From an uncultured Gemmatimonadales bacterium (GTDB lineage Bacteria > Gemmatimonadota > Gemmatimonadetes > Longimicrobiales > RSA9), in contig CAWCUS010000004.1 in assembly GCA_963798845.1 (NCBI GenBank), positions 224,001 to 288,000 on the forward strand: a DNA stretch of 64,000 nucleotides, given 5' to 3'. The position numbers and the translations under genes are program-made. This document shows, piece after piece, positions 1-10,540 of the stretch. How positions within the stretch are numbered: the first letter of the stretch is position 1; every line of letters starts with the position of its first letter. The notes under the pieces are model-generated. The model made no database searches and was not told the DNA's origin. It saw only the letters and a program-made list of their open reading frames with translations.

Positions 1-91
1 CGGCCTCCAGCCAGATGGACAGGTCCTGTGCCGCGCCGTGGGCCGCCGCGGTCAGGAGGAGGGCGAAGACAGGTGCGGCTCGCCGGATCAG
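1..91 (-). CDS. Probable 5' end of a secreted protein (partial, runs off the window)
   Basis: Minus frame reads (L)IRRAAPVFALLLTAAAHGAA-QDLSIWLEA, a signal-peptide-like stretch. The only nearby start is a CTG overlapping the upstream TGA, so the start is uncertain. Confidence 0.4.
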   Translation of the reverse strand, partial: MIRRAAPVFALLLTAAAHGAAQDLSIWLEA

Positions 92-735
92 ATCGAGCTT
101 CCCGGAGGCAGGATCGTCATGAGTGCGTTGCTGTGTCCGAACCCGTCATCGACGTGCCTGTCCGCCCGCGGGTCCGTGACCCACTTGCCATCCACCACGA
201 ACATGTACTTGTGGAGGCCCGGACGCACCGGAACGTACGCGGTCCAGACGCCATCGCCGTCCGGGTCGCGCAGCTCGGCGCGGGCCGCCGCCCACTCGTT
301 GAAGTCACCGGCCACGGCGACCGAGGCCGCGCCGGGGGCGACGTAGACGAACTGGACATAGACCGCGTCGTCCCGGGTGGGCGTGGCAGCCACCCCGATA
401 CCGGGGACGGAGCTGGAGTCGGCAGTGCCGCCACGGACGCCAGGCCAGAGCAGGACAATGGCGATGGCCGCAGCGGCGAGCGCGGCCACGGCGAGGGGGC
501 GGACGCGCACGGTCCACGGGTCGACGAGCCAGCGCCCGGCGCGCTCCCAGGCATGCGTGCGCCCGCGGCGGGCGATGCGCGCCATCACGGCGTCTTCGAT
601 CCAGGCCGGTGCGTCCTGCGACTCGCGCCCCACGTCGAGCCATTCCCGCCATTGACGTGCGGCGGGGCGCAGCTCCTCAGGGAGATCGGCCTCGCCGATC
701 TCCCCGTCCAGCCATCGCTGCAGCTCTTCTCTCAT
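88..735 (-). CDS. Putative membrane anti-sigma factor with C-terminal glycogen-binding (CBM48/AMPK-beta-like) domain
   Basis: ATG overlaps the sigma stop (ATGA). N-terminal helical domain, TM segment LAVAALAAAAIAIVLLW, then VAVAGDFNEW...GVWT...GLHKYMFVVDGKWVTDP. Confidence 0.8.
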   Translation of the reverse strand: MREELQRWLDGEIGEADLPEELRPAARQWREWLDVGRESQDAPAWIEDAVMARIARRGRTHAWERAGRWLVDPWTVRVRPLAVAALAAAAIAIVLLWPGVRGGTADSSSVPGIGVAATPTRDDAVYVQFVYVAPGAASVAVAGDFNEWAAARAELRDPDGDGVWTAYVPVRPGLHKYMFVVDGKWVTDPRADRHVDDGFGHSNALMTILPPGSSI

Positions 736-1292
736 GGTGCCTCGTCCTCCAGCCACCTCGCCAGCATCTCGCGGGCCCGGTGCACCCGCATCTTCAGGGC
801 CCCCACGGACGCTCCGAGGAGATCGGACATCTCCTCGTACGACCGCCCCTCTTCGTGCTTCATGACGAAGGCCTCGCGCTGGTCCGGCGGCAACCGGGAG
901 AACGCGTCGTCCAGGCGCCGCCGCAGCGCGCGCTGTTCGGTGTCCCTGGCAGGGTCGTGCTGCCCGGCCAGCGGTGCAACGGCATCGAGCGAAAGATGGC
1001 CCCGTCGGACGTTCTTCAGGTAGTCTTTCGACCCGTTCGCCACGATACGGAACGCCCATGATCCGAACCGGTCCGGGTTGCGGCACCGGTCCAGTCGGGT
1101 GAACGCCTTCACCAGAGCCGACTGGACCAGGTCGGCCGCCACGTCGCGCTGCCCCGTCATCCGCATCGCGTGGGCGTGGAGCATGTCCTGGTGCCGCTTC
1201 ACCAGCACCCGGAACAGCTCGTGCTCCCCGGCAAGCACCCGGGCCACGACTTCGCCGTCGCCCGGCTCTGCGGTTCGGTCGCTCGGGCTCAT
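732..1292 (-). CDS. ECF RNA polymerase sigma factor
   Basis: 186 aa; region 2 (DLVQSALVKAF...FGSWAFRIVAN) and region 4 (LPPDQREAF...SYEEMSDLLG...KMRVHRAR). Confidence 0.92.
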   Translation of the reverse strand: MSPSDRTAEPGDGEVVARVLAGEHELFRVLVKRHQDMLHAHAMRMTGQRDVAADLVQSALVKAFTRLDRCRNPDRFGSWAFRIVANGSKDYLKNVRRGHLSLDAVAPLAGQHDPARDTEQRALRRRLDDAFSRLPPDQREAFVMKHEEGRSYEEMSDLLGASVGALKMRVHRAREMLARWLEDEAP

Positions 1293-1513
1293 CAGTACCC
1301 GGAACAGGACGATCCAACGCGCGTTCGCGTCACAAGCTATCGCACCGCGGCCGGACTTGCATTGCCTCGAAAGGGATCACTACTTTCCGCCACGCCGTCG
1401 CGGCTCGACCGCGGTTTCGCGTCGGGGCTGGCCTCCTCCCTGGATTGCGGGGGACGTCGGCCCCGAATTCGTGAGTGGGGTGCCTCAGCGCAGGGAGACG
1501 GAAGGGAGAGGGA

Positions 1514-2646
1514 ATGGCCGGATCGGGACTGGAAGGCGTCGTCGTCGCGGATACGCGGTTGAGCCGGATCGATGGGGAAGCCGGCTCACTGGCCTACGCC
1601 GGATACACGATCGAGGATCTGGCCGAGCATGTCAGCTTCGAGGAAGTCTGTCACCTGCTGTGGACGGGCGAGCTCCCGACGGAAGCCGAGCTGGCGGACC
1701 TGCACCGCCGCCTCGTCTCGGCTTACGGGCTTCCGGACGACGTGCTTCGCCTCATCGGCGACGCTCCCCGTGACGCCCACCCGATGGCCGTCCTCCGGAC
1801 TGCCGTGTCCGTGCTGGGGATGCTCGACGCCTCCGCGGAGGTGCAGACCCGGGAGGCCAGCCTCGAGAAGGCGATACGGCTGACCGCCCAGATGGCGGCG
1901 ATCACGGCCGCGACGGCGCGGAGCCGGGCGGGGCTCGGTTACGTGGCGCCGGACCCGGCGCTCGGACACGCGGCGAATCTCCTGCACATGATGACGGGGA
2001 CGATCCCGGACGAGGCAGCGGTCCGTACCATGGATGTGGCGCTTACGCTGCACGCCGAGCACGGGATGAACGCCTCCACGTTCTCGGCGCGCGTCACCGT
2101 CGCGACGCTGTCGGACCTTTACTCCGCCGTCACATCAGCGATCGGCACGCTCAAGGGGCCGCTGCACGGCGGGGCGAACGAGCGGGTGATGGCGATGCTG
2201 CGGGAAATCGGGTCACCGGAGAACGCGGAGGCGTGGATTCGGGCAGCGCTGGAGCGCGAGCAGAAGGTCATGGGCTTCGGCCACCGCGTGTACCGCGCCG
2301 TGGACCCGCGCGCGCCGATCCTGCGGCAGCTCGGACAGGAGCTGGGCAGCTCGAAGTGGATCGAGATCTCCGACCGGGTGCGCGAGGTGATGCGCCAGGA
2401 GATGGAGCGGCGCAGGAAGCAGATCTACGCCAACGTCGATTTCTACAGCGCCTCGGTGTACGACAAGCTCGGCGTCCCGTCCGAGCTCTACACGAACATA
2501 TTCGCCTGTGCGCGGGTGGCGGGGTGGACGGCCCACGTGCTCGAGCAGCTGGCGGACAATCGTCTGATCCGGCCGAAAGCCCAGTACGTCGGGCCTGGGC
2601 CGCGCTCGGTCCCTCCCATGCAGAACCGAACCTCAGAGCAGAGACA

Positions 2647-2650
<4 letters not shown>
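1514..2650 (+). CDS. gltA: Citrate synthase (short type; 2-methylcitrate synthase not excluded)
   Basis: GLEGVV start, [32 protein letters not shown] motifs; coupled to icd. Confidence 0.92.
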
Positions 2651-3888
<1,238 letters not shown>

Positions 3889-3891
3889 GCC

Positions 3892-5418
3892 ATGACTGTC
3901 ACCGTGTCCATCCGAACCGATCCGGTGGCGTCCGTGCGGACGTCGCTACTCGTCCTGCAGCACTTCCAGGACGACGAGGCCCCGATCGGCGCCAGCGCCG
4001 CCGTGGACGAGGCGCTGGGCGGGCTGCTCGATCGCCTCATGGCGCGGGGCGACTTCCGGGGCAAGCCGGACGAGACGCTGCTGGTGTACCCGGAGGACCC
4101 GGGGTTCCCCGCCCAGCGCGTCCTCCTGGTGGGGATCGGGAAGCGCGAGGAGTACGCCATGCAGGGGCTCCGCCGCGCTGTCGGGACCGCGGTGCGAGAG
4201 GCGGAGCGGCTGCGCGTGGACGAGATGACGGTGGCGCTCGGTCACACGGATCGGAAGAGCGAGCACATGGGGCCGTACTTCGCCGCCCGCGGAGCGGTGG
4301 AGGGGGCGGTTCTGGCCGCGTGGGACTACCGCGACCTGAAGACCGACAAGGAAGAGGAGCCGACCGTGCGGTTGCGCGGCGTCGCGATCGTGGCGTCGGG
4401 GGAGGAGGAGGCGAAGGACATGCGGGCGGGCGCCGACGTGGGCAGGATCGTCGCGGAAGCGGAGAACCTGGCGCGGGAGCTCGCGGCGAAGCCGGGCAAT
4501 GTCGCGACGCCCGAACACCTTGCGGAGGTCGCTCGACGGATCGCCGCTGAGGGCAAGATGAAGGTGACCGTCTTCGACCGGAGCGCTCTCGAGGAAGGCG
4601 GGTTCGGCGGGATCCTGGGCGTCGCGGCGGGGAGCGAGCAGGAACCCCGGCTCATCGTCCTCGAGTACAACGGCGGCACGGAGGGGGATCCCCCGCTCGC
4701 GCTGGTGGGGAAGGGAGTCACCTTCGATGCGGGCGGAATCTCGATCAAGCCGGCGAAGAAGATGGAGGAGATGAAGTACGACATGTCGGGGGCGGCCGGC
4801 GTGCTCGGCGCCATGCAGGCGGTGGCCCGCCTGCGTCCCCGCATCAACGTGGTGGCGCTGGTCCCGGCCACGGAGAACCTCCCGTCGGGTCGCGCGACGA
4901 AGCCCGGAGACGTGCTGCACATGTACTCCGGGAAGACGGTCGAGGTGATCAATACGGACGCCGAGGGCCGTTTGATCCTGGCCGATGCCCTGGCGTACGC
5001 CCGGAAGCAGTTCGCGCCGAAGGCCATGATCGATGCCGCCACCCTGACCGGGGCGGTGGTGGTCGGGCTGGGTCACGAGGCGATCGGCCTCATGGGGAAC
5101 AACGGCGATCTCATGGACGAGGTGCGGGCCGCAGGGGAGCGCACGGGAGAGCGCTGCTGGCCCCTCCCGCTCTGGGACGAATACCGAAAGCAGCTGGACA
5201 GCGATGTCGCCGACATCAAGAACGTGGGTGGTCCGCCCGCCGGCACGATCACCGCAGGGTGGTTCCTGAAGGAGTTCGTCGGGGATGTGCCGTGGGTGCA
5301 CCTCGACATCGCCGGAACGGCATACCGCGACGACCCGGTGTCCTACCTCCGCAAGGGGCCCACAGGCGTGCCGACCCGACTGTTCATCGAGTGGGTCCGG
5401 GCTCGCGCGGAAGCGTGA
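3892..5418 (+). CDS. pepA: Leucyl aminopeptidase (M17)
   Basis: GKGVTFDAGG, MKYDMSGAA, NTDAEGRL motifs. Confidence 0.95.
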   Translation: MTVTVSIRTDPVASVRTSLLVLQHFQDDEAPIGASAAVDEALGGLLDRLMARGDFRGKPDETLLVYPEDPGFPAQRVLLVGIGKREEYAMQGLRRAVGTAVREAERLRVDEMTVALGHTDRKSEHMGPYFAARGAVEGAVLAAWDYRDLKTDKEEEPTVRLRGVAIVASGEEEAKDMRAGADVGRIVAEAENLARELAAKPGNVATPEHLAEVARRIAAEGKMKVTVFDRSALEEGGFGGILGVAAGSEQEPRLIVLEYNGGTEGDPPLALVGKGVTFDAGGISIKPAKKMEEMKYDMSGAAGVLGAMQAVARLRPRINVVALVPATENLPSGRATKPGDVLHMYSGKTVEVINTDAEGRLILADALAYARKQFAPKAMIDAATLTGAVVVGLGHEAIGLMGNNGDLMDEVRAAGERTGERCWPLPLWDEYRKQLDSDVADIKNVGGPPAGTITAGWFLKEFVGDVPWVHLDIAGTAYRDDPVSYLRKGPTGVPTRLFIEWVRARAEA

Positions 5419-7343
5419 CCCCTCCCCGTTCGCTGCGTCGCCCCTGGCCACGATCCCGGTGGTCGGGGGCGTTTTGCATACCCTCCCTCCTCCTCGCGCT
5501 ACTCCTCGCGGGCGCGGAGGCAGCGTTGGCACCGGCTCCGACCTCGGCGCAGGAGCCGGAGCGGCCGGATACGCTGACGCGGCCACAGGCTCCGGATACC
5601 CTGCCGCGGCCACTCAGGGCGGACACGCTGGCGCCGGTGCCGCAGGACACGACGCCGGCAGCGCGGGACACGACGCCGCCCGCGCCGCCTCCGTCGGCGC
5701 TCGTGAAGCTCCCCCGCCCGGCGCCGACCGACTGGACGACAGGCGTATGGGAGTGGGATCGGGACGCCCTGCGTCGCCTGCCGAACCTGTCGCTCCTTCA
5801 GCTCCTGGAGCGCGTGCCTGGGCTTACGCCCGTCCGCCCGATCGCGCTCGGGGAGCCTGAAGGCGTGGGCGTTCTGGGGGCATCGCTGCAATCGATCCGC
5901 TACGTCGTGGACGGCTTCGAGCTCGATCCGCTCCTGTCCCCGACCTTCGACCCGTCGCGGCTCGCGCTGCTGGGGATCGAGAGTGTGCGCGTTGAGCGAG
6001 GCATCACGGGCGCGACCGTGAGGATCCAGACCCTGACCCCCTCGCAGCCAGGTTCCGAGAGCACCATCGAGGCCGCCACGGGCGACTATGGTGTCAATCT
6101 CTTCCGCGGCGTCTTCATGGCGTCCTCGGTGCTGGGTGGCCCCGTGGCCGCGGGGTTCGAGCGGCTCGCCGCCGAGGTCGGAGCGCCGTCGAACCTGACA
6201 GCGGCCTGGCTGAAGTGGAGCTGGGTCCGTGACTCGACTGGCGTCCAGTTCGAGCTGCGCCAGGAAGGGGCGGACCGCTCGGGCGTCGGGCCGGCGGAGA
6301 AGTCGAGCCGGCGCGACTGGACGATCCGCGCCCGACGGCCGCTCGGCCCGTTGTCCGCGGAGGTGTACGTAGGAGGCTCGTCCGTGGAGAATGACGGCAC
6401 CGACGTCACGCTGCGTGAAGCGACCACGCAGGCCGGCTTCCGGGTAGCCGCCGTCGTGGAGGCACCGTTCCCCACGCGGGCCTCGGCGGCGCTGCGCTGG
6501 CGCTCCCACCCGCGTCTTCCCGGACAGGAGCTGGAGGTCGGCGTGTGGGCGCGCCCGGCGCCGCTGATCGGGGTCGGCGCCGAGACGACGCAGCAGCGCT
6601 GGGAGGGCGCCACAGTGGGCCGGTGGTCCGCGCAGGCTGAGGCGGGGCCGGTCCTGGGGCTCACCGCCTTCGCCCAGGTGTTCCGCGCCGGCCCGGGGAA
6701 CAGGGCATCGCTGCGGGTGGTGCCCGGTCCCGATTCGGTGGCTCCGATCGAGCTGGCACGCAACGGCGTGCGCGCGGGTATCCGCCTGGCCGGCCACGGG
6801 TTCCTGCTGGGCGGCGCTACCCTCCGGCTGGATGCCGATTCCAGCACCGGGTTCGGGCTCCCGTTCGACTCGGCCCTCGAGCGCTTCCCGGGCGGGAGCG
6901 CGACCGGGATCGAGGCCGTCGCCCGCATCCCCACCGGCTGGGACCCTCTCTACTTCGAGGGGTGGTATGTCGGCATGGACGCGCCGGCCGGCTTCGTGTA
7001 TCTGCCGGACCGGAGCTGGCGTGCCGCGCTCGTGTACCACCACCTGCCTCTGCCGAGCGGGCACCTGGAGCTTTACGCCCGGGCCGAGCACGTCTTCCGG
7101 GGACCCATGTCCGTTGCCGCTCCCTCCGGGCTGGCGGAGGTCGGCGCGACCCGCGTCTCCAATCTGGAGCTTTCCATTCGCGTGATCACCCTCACCGCGT
7201 TCCTCCGGTGGGACGACGCGCTCTACGCGCTGCGACAGGAGCCGCAGCGCGACTTCCCTTCGCCGACCGCCGGTGCCGGCACCGGCTACCTCTACCCCGG
7301 GCAGCACCTGTCGTACGGCGTGAAATGGACGTTCTCGAACTGA
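5415..7343 (+). CDS. Putative outer-membrane beta-barrel protein with TonB-receptor-like plug domain
   Basis: Signal peptide, Pro/Thr linker, plug-like segment (LLERVPGL...YVVDGFEL...IESVRVERG), amphipathic beta pattern, C-terminal YGVKWTFSN. Confidence 0.65.
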   Translation: MTPPRSLRRPWPRSRWSGAFCIPSLLLALLLAGAEAALAPAPTSAQEPERPDTLTRPQAPDTLPRPLRADTLAPVPQDTTPAARDTTPPAPPPSALVKLPRPAPTDWTTGVWEWDRDALRRLPNLSLLQLLERVPGLTPVRPIALGEPEGVGVLGASLQSIRYVVDGFELDPLLSPTFDPSRLALLGIESVRVERGITGATVRIQTLTPSQPGSESTIEAATGDYGVNLFRGVFMASSVLGGPVAAGFERLAAEVGAPSNLTAAWLKWSWVRDSTGVQFELRQEGADRSGVGPAEKSSRRDWTIRARRPLGPLSAEVYVGGSSVENDGTDVTLREATTQAGFRVAAVVEAPFPTRASAALRWRSHPRLPGQELEVGVWARPAPLIGVGAETTQQRWEGATVGRWSAQAEAGPVLGLTAFAQVFRAGPGNRASLRVVPGPDSVAPIELARNGVRAGIRLAGHGFLLGGATLRLDADSSTGFGLPFDSALERFPGGSATGIEAVARIPTGWDPLYFEGWYVGMDAPAGFVYLPDRSWRAALVYHHLPLPSGHLELYARAEHVFRGPMSVAAPSGLAEVGATRVSNLELSIRVITLTAFLRWDDALYALRQEPQRDFPSPTAGAGTGYLYPGQHLSYGVKWTFSN

Positions 7344-7443
7344 TATCGCGCGGGCGAGCCCCGAACGGACCGCGCGAGCGAGGAGGCGCCCGAGGCCCGT
7401 CGCGTTGCACCGGTTCCCGCCCGACGGTTAGTTTGGCCGCGCC

Positions 7444-8328
7444 ATGATCAGAAGCATGACAGGCTTCGGCGAGGCCGAAGTCCAGACCGCAGCGGGGCTG
7501 CTGCGCGCGGAGATCCGGACGGTGAATCACCGGTTCTTCAGCCTGAACGTGCGCAGTCCGTCGGTGCTCGACCGATACGAGACCGGTATCCGGGAGTGGC
7601 TGAAGGGACTGATCTCGCGCGGCCACGTCAACCTCACGTACAGGCTCGAGGGGGAGGATGGGGCGACCGGGCCGGCGCTGGGGCTGGACGTGGAACGCGC
7701 CCGACAGTACCTGCGCATCTTCCGCACCCTGAAGGAAGAGCTGAACCTGCCGGGAGAGGTGGACCTCGAGCTGATCGCCCGCCAGACGGATCTCGTCGTC
7801 CGGGCGAACACGGAATTGCCCGCGATCGATGCAGAGGCCGTCCGGGAGGTGACCGAGCGTGCCGCCCGTGCCAACGTGGTCATGCGGGAGAAGGAGGGGC
7901 GCAGCCTCGAGGAGGACCTCGAAGGGCGCCTCTCCGCCATTTCCGGCGCGCTCACCGTCATCGCGGCCCGCGCGCCCGAGCGGCTCGTGCGCGAGCGCGA
8001 TCGCCTGCGCCGCTCCGTAGCGGAGCTCGCCGTCGACGCCACGGTGGACGACGAGCGGCTTGCCAGGGAAGTGGCCATCCTGGCCGACCGATGGGACATC
8101 AGCGAGGAGATCGTCCGCCTCCGCTCCCACATCGACCATTTCCGCGCCATGATCGCCGAGGACGCCGCCGAGCCGGTGGGCAAGCGACTCAGCTTCCTCG
8201 TCCAGGAGATGCACCGGGAGGCGAACACCATCGGCTCCAAGGCCAACGACGCTCCCATCGAGCAGCGCATCGTGGACATCAAGAACGAGATCGAGCGCCT
8301 GCGCGAGCAGGTGGAGAACATAGAGTGA
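7444..8328 (+). CDS. yicC: YicC/YloC family endoribonuclease
   Basis: MIRSMTGFG start; GKRLSFLVQEMHREANTIGSK and EQVENIE end; upstream of gmk. Confidence 0.93.
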   Translation: MIRSMTGFGEAEVQTAAGLLRAEIRTVNHRFFSLNVRSPSVLDRYETGIREWLKGLISRGHVNLTYRLEGEDGATGPALGLDVERARQYLRIFRTLKEELNLPGEVDLELIARQTDLVVRANTELPAIDAEAVREVTERAARANVVMREKEGRSLEEDLEGRLSAISGALTVIAARAPERLVRERDRLRRSVAELAVDATVDDERLAREVAILADRWDISEEIVRLRSHIDHFRAMIAEDAAEPVGKRLSFLVQEMHREANTIGSKANDAPIEQRIVDIKNEIERLREQVENIE

Positions 8329-8987
8329 GCCTCACGAGACCGGCGTTTCCCCTCGTCATCGCCGCACCGAGCGGCGCGGGAAAGACAACGCTCGCCCGCA
8401 TGCTCGTCGCGCGCACCCCCGGCCTGGTCTTCTCGATCTCCGCGACCACCCGGCCGCCCCGGCCACGCGAGCAGGATGGACGCGACTACCACTTCGTCGA
8501 CGACGAAACATTCAGCCGGATGATCGACTGCAACGAGCTCGTCGAGTGGGCGGTCGTTCACGGCAAGCGCTACGGAACGCCTCGCCGGGAGATCACCGCC
8601 GCGTTGAACAGCGGCAGGACCGTCGTGCTCGACATCGACGTGCAGGGGGCAAGGCAGGTACGGAAAATGTTCGCCGACGCGCTCCTCGTGTTCGTCCTCC
8701 CGCCGTCGGCCGATGAGCTCGCCAGCCGTCTCACCGCCCGCGCCAGCGAGGATGCCGACGAGCGCCGGCGCCGCCTGGCGAACGCACGCCGGGAGATCCA
8801 GGCCGCCCGGGAGTTCGACTACGCGGTGGTGAACGACGAACTGGAACGGACGCACGGGGAGATCGAGGCCATTGTCCACGCGGAATGGGCGCGCGTCGAC
8901 CGTCTGCGCGGCCTGTCCGACCACACCGCCGCCCTCTGCCGCGAGCTGGACGCCCTCATCAGCCACGGTTACAGGCCGGACGATTGA
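8325..8987 (+). CDS. gmk: Guanylate kinase
   Basis: APSGAGKTT, SATTRPPR, YGT, DIDVQGA. Confidence 0.95.
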   Translation: MSLTRPAFPLVIAAPSGAGKTTLARMLVARTPGLVFSISATTRPPRPREQDGRDYHFVDDETFSRMIDCNELVEWAVVHGKRYGTPRREITAALNSGRTVVLDIDVQGARQVRKMFADALLVFVLPPSADELASRLTARASEDADERRRRLANARREIQAAREFDYAVVNDELERTHGEIEAIVHAEWARVDRLRGLSDHTAALCRELDALISHGYRPDD

Positions 8988-9013
8988 CCGCCAGGCCCGT
9001 CCGGGCTTACCTT
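8984..9013 (+). promoter_or_regulatory. Putative sigma70 promoter for rpoZ-coaBC
   Basis: TTGACC-N18-TACCTT; the -35 box contains the gmk stop codon. Confidence 0.45.
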
Positions 9014-9052
9014 TTTCGGTCTAGGTCGAAGACCCCAGCGAGCGAAGGAACC

Positions 9053-9271
9053 ATGGACGTCGTCACGCCCGGAGCCACCTCCGAGCACACTGGCAGCAAG
9101 TATCTGGGCGTTCTGGTCGCCGCGAAGTATGCGCGCGAGCTGAACGCTCTTCCGCGGGAAACCGTCCCCGCCGGGATGCAGAAGAAGCTCACCACGCGAG
9201 CCCTCGAGGCGCTGGCCGCCGGCAACATCGAGTTCCGTCTCATCAAGCGGCGCCGGACCGCGCCGCTCTAA
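9053..9271 (+). CDS. rpoZ: RNA polymerase omega subunit
   Basis: 72 aa; SKYLGVLVAAKYAREL and ALEAL; position between gmk and coaBC. Confidence 0.85.
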   Translation: MDVVTPGATSEHTGSKYLGVLVAAKYARELNALPRETVPAGMQKKLTTRALEALAAGNIEFRLIKRRRTAPL

Positions 9272-9286
9272 GCGGCGCGGCGCGCG

Positions 9287-10537
9287 ATGGCGACCCCGCA
9301 GCCGGGCGGTGAAGCCAGGTCGGGGCCGGGGCGGCCCTGGCTCGGGAAGCGCGTGCTCCTCGGGGTGACCGGGGGAATCGCCGCATACAAGGTCGTACAG
9401 CTGGCTCGGGACCTGACGCATCTGGGCGCCGAAGTCGACGTGGTCATGACGCGCTCTGCGCGCGCCTTCGTGGGGGAAATCTCCTTCGAAGGTGTTACGG
9501 GCAGGCCGGTGCGGGCCGACCTGCTCGCGCCCGGCGCCGCGCTGGACCACATCCGGCTGGCGCGGGAAGCCGACGTGGTATGCGTCGCCCCCGCGACCGC
9601 GGACTTCATGGCCCGAGCGGCAGCGGGCCGTTCCGACAATCTTCTGAACGCCGTCCTCCTGGCCACGCGCGCGCCGGTGCTGGTCTGCCCGGCGATGAAC
9701 GATGCCATGTGGGCGCACGCGGCCACCCAGTCGAACGCGCGGCGGCTGGTGGAACTGGGATACCGGCTGGTGGGCCCGGCCGAGGGGCCGCTGGCGTACG
9801 GCGAGGGGAGCGGTCCGGGCCGCATGGAGGAGCCGGCCGTCATCGTCCAGCACGTGGGGCGCGCGCTCCAGGTACCCGGCCGCTTCCGGCGTCGTCGAGT
9901 GGTCGTGACGGCGGGACCGACGCGTGAAGCCGTGGATCCGGTGCGCTTCCTGTCCAACCGCTCGAGCGGTCGCATGGGCTTCGCCCTCGCAGCGGCGGCC
10001 TGGCGACGGGGGGCGGACGTCACGCTGATCGCCGGCCCGACGCTCCTCGGGCCTCCGCCGGGTCCCCGGCTCCAGCGGGTGGAGAGCACGGCCGAAATGC
10101 TCGAGGCGGTCCGACGTGCGCTGTCGGACGCGGACGTGCTGATCATGGCGGCGGCCCCGGCGGATTTCAGGCCGGGCTCTCCCGCGCAGGCGAAGCTCAA
10201 GAAGGCGGAGGCGCCGGAGGCGCTGGCGCTTGTATCCTCGCCCGACATCCTGGTGGAGACAGGTCGGGATCGGCGGCCGGGCTGCGTGACGGTGGGGTTC
10301 GCGCTGGAGACGGGCGAAGGTGAGGATGAAGCGCGCCGGAAGCTGGAAGCCAAGGGGCTGGACCTGGTCGTGCTGAACGAGGTGGGTGCCGGGACGGGAT
10401 TCGAGACGGAGACCAACCGGGTCGTCCTGATCGAGCGGGAGGGCGAATCCGAGGCACTGCCGCTGCTCCCGAAGGACGAGGTGGCGGAGCGGATCCTCGA
10501 CCGCGTGGAGCGGCGGATGCCGTTCCCCGACGAGTAG
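9287..10537 (+). CDS. coaBC: Bifunctional PPC decarboxylase/PPC synthetase
   Basis: GVTGGIAAYK, PAMN, TAGPTRE..DPVRFLSNRSSGRMG, GFALET. Confidence 0.95.
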   Translation: MATPQPGGEARSGPGRPWLGKRVLLGVTGGIAAYKVVQLARDLTHLGAEVDVVMTRSARAFVGEISFEGVTGRPVRADLLAPGAALDHIRLAREADVVCVAPATADFMARAAAGRSDNLLNAVLLATRAPVLVCPAMNDAMWAHAATQSNARRLVELGYRLVGPAEGPLAYGEGSGPGRMEEPAVIVQHVGRALQVPGRFRRRRVVVTAGPTREAVDPVRFLSNRSSGRMGFALAAAAWRRGADVTLIAGPTLLGPPPGPRLQRVESTAEMLEAVRRALSDADVLIMAAAPADFRPGSPAQAKLKKAEAPEALALVSSPDILVETGRDRRPGCVTVGFALETGEGEDEARRKLEAKGLDLVVLNEVGAGTGFETETNRVVLIEREGESEALPLLPKDEVAERILDRVERRMPFPDE

Positions 10538-10540
10538 CCG

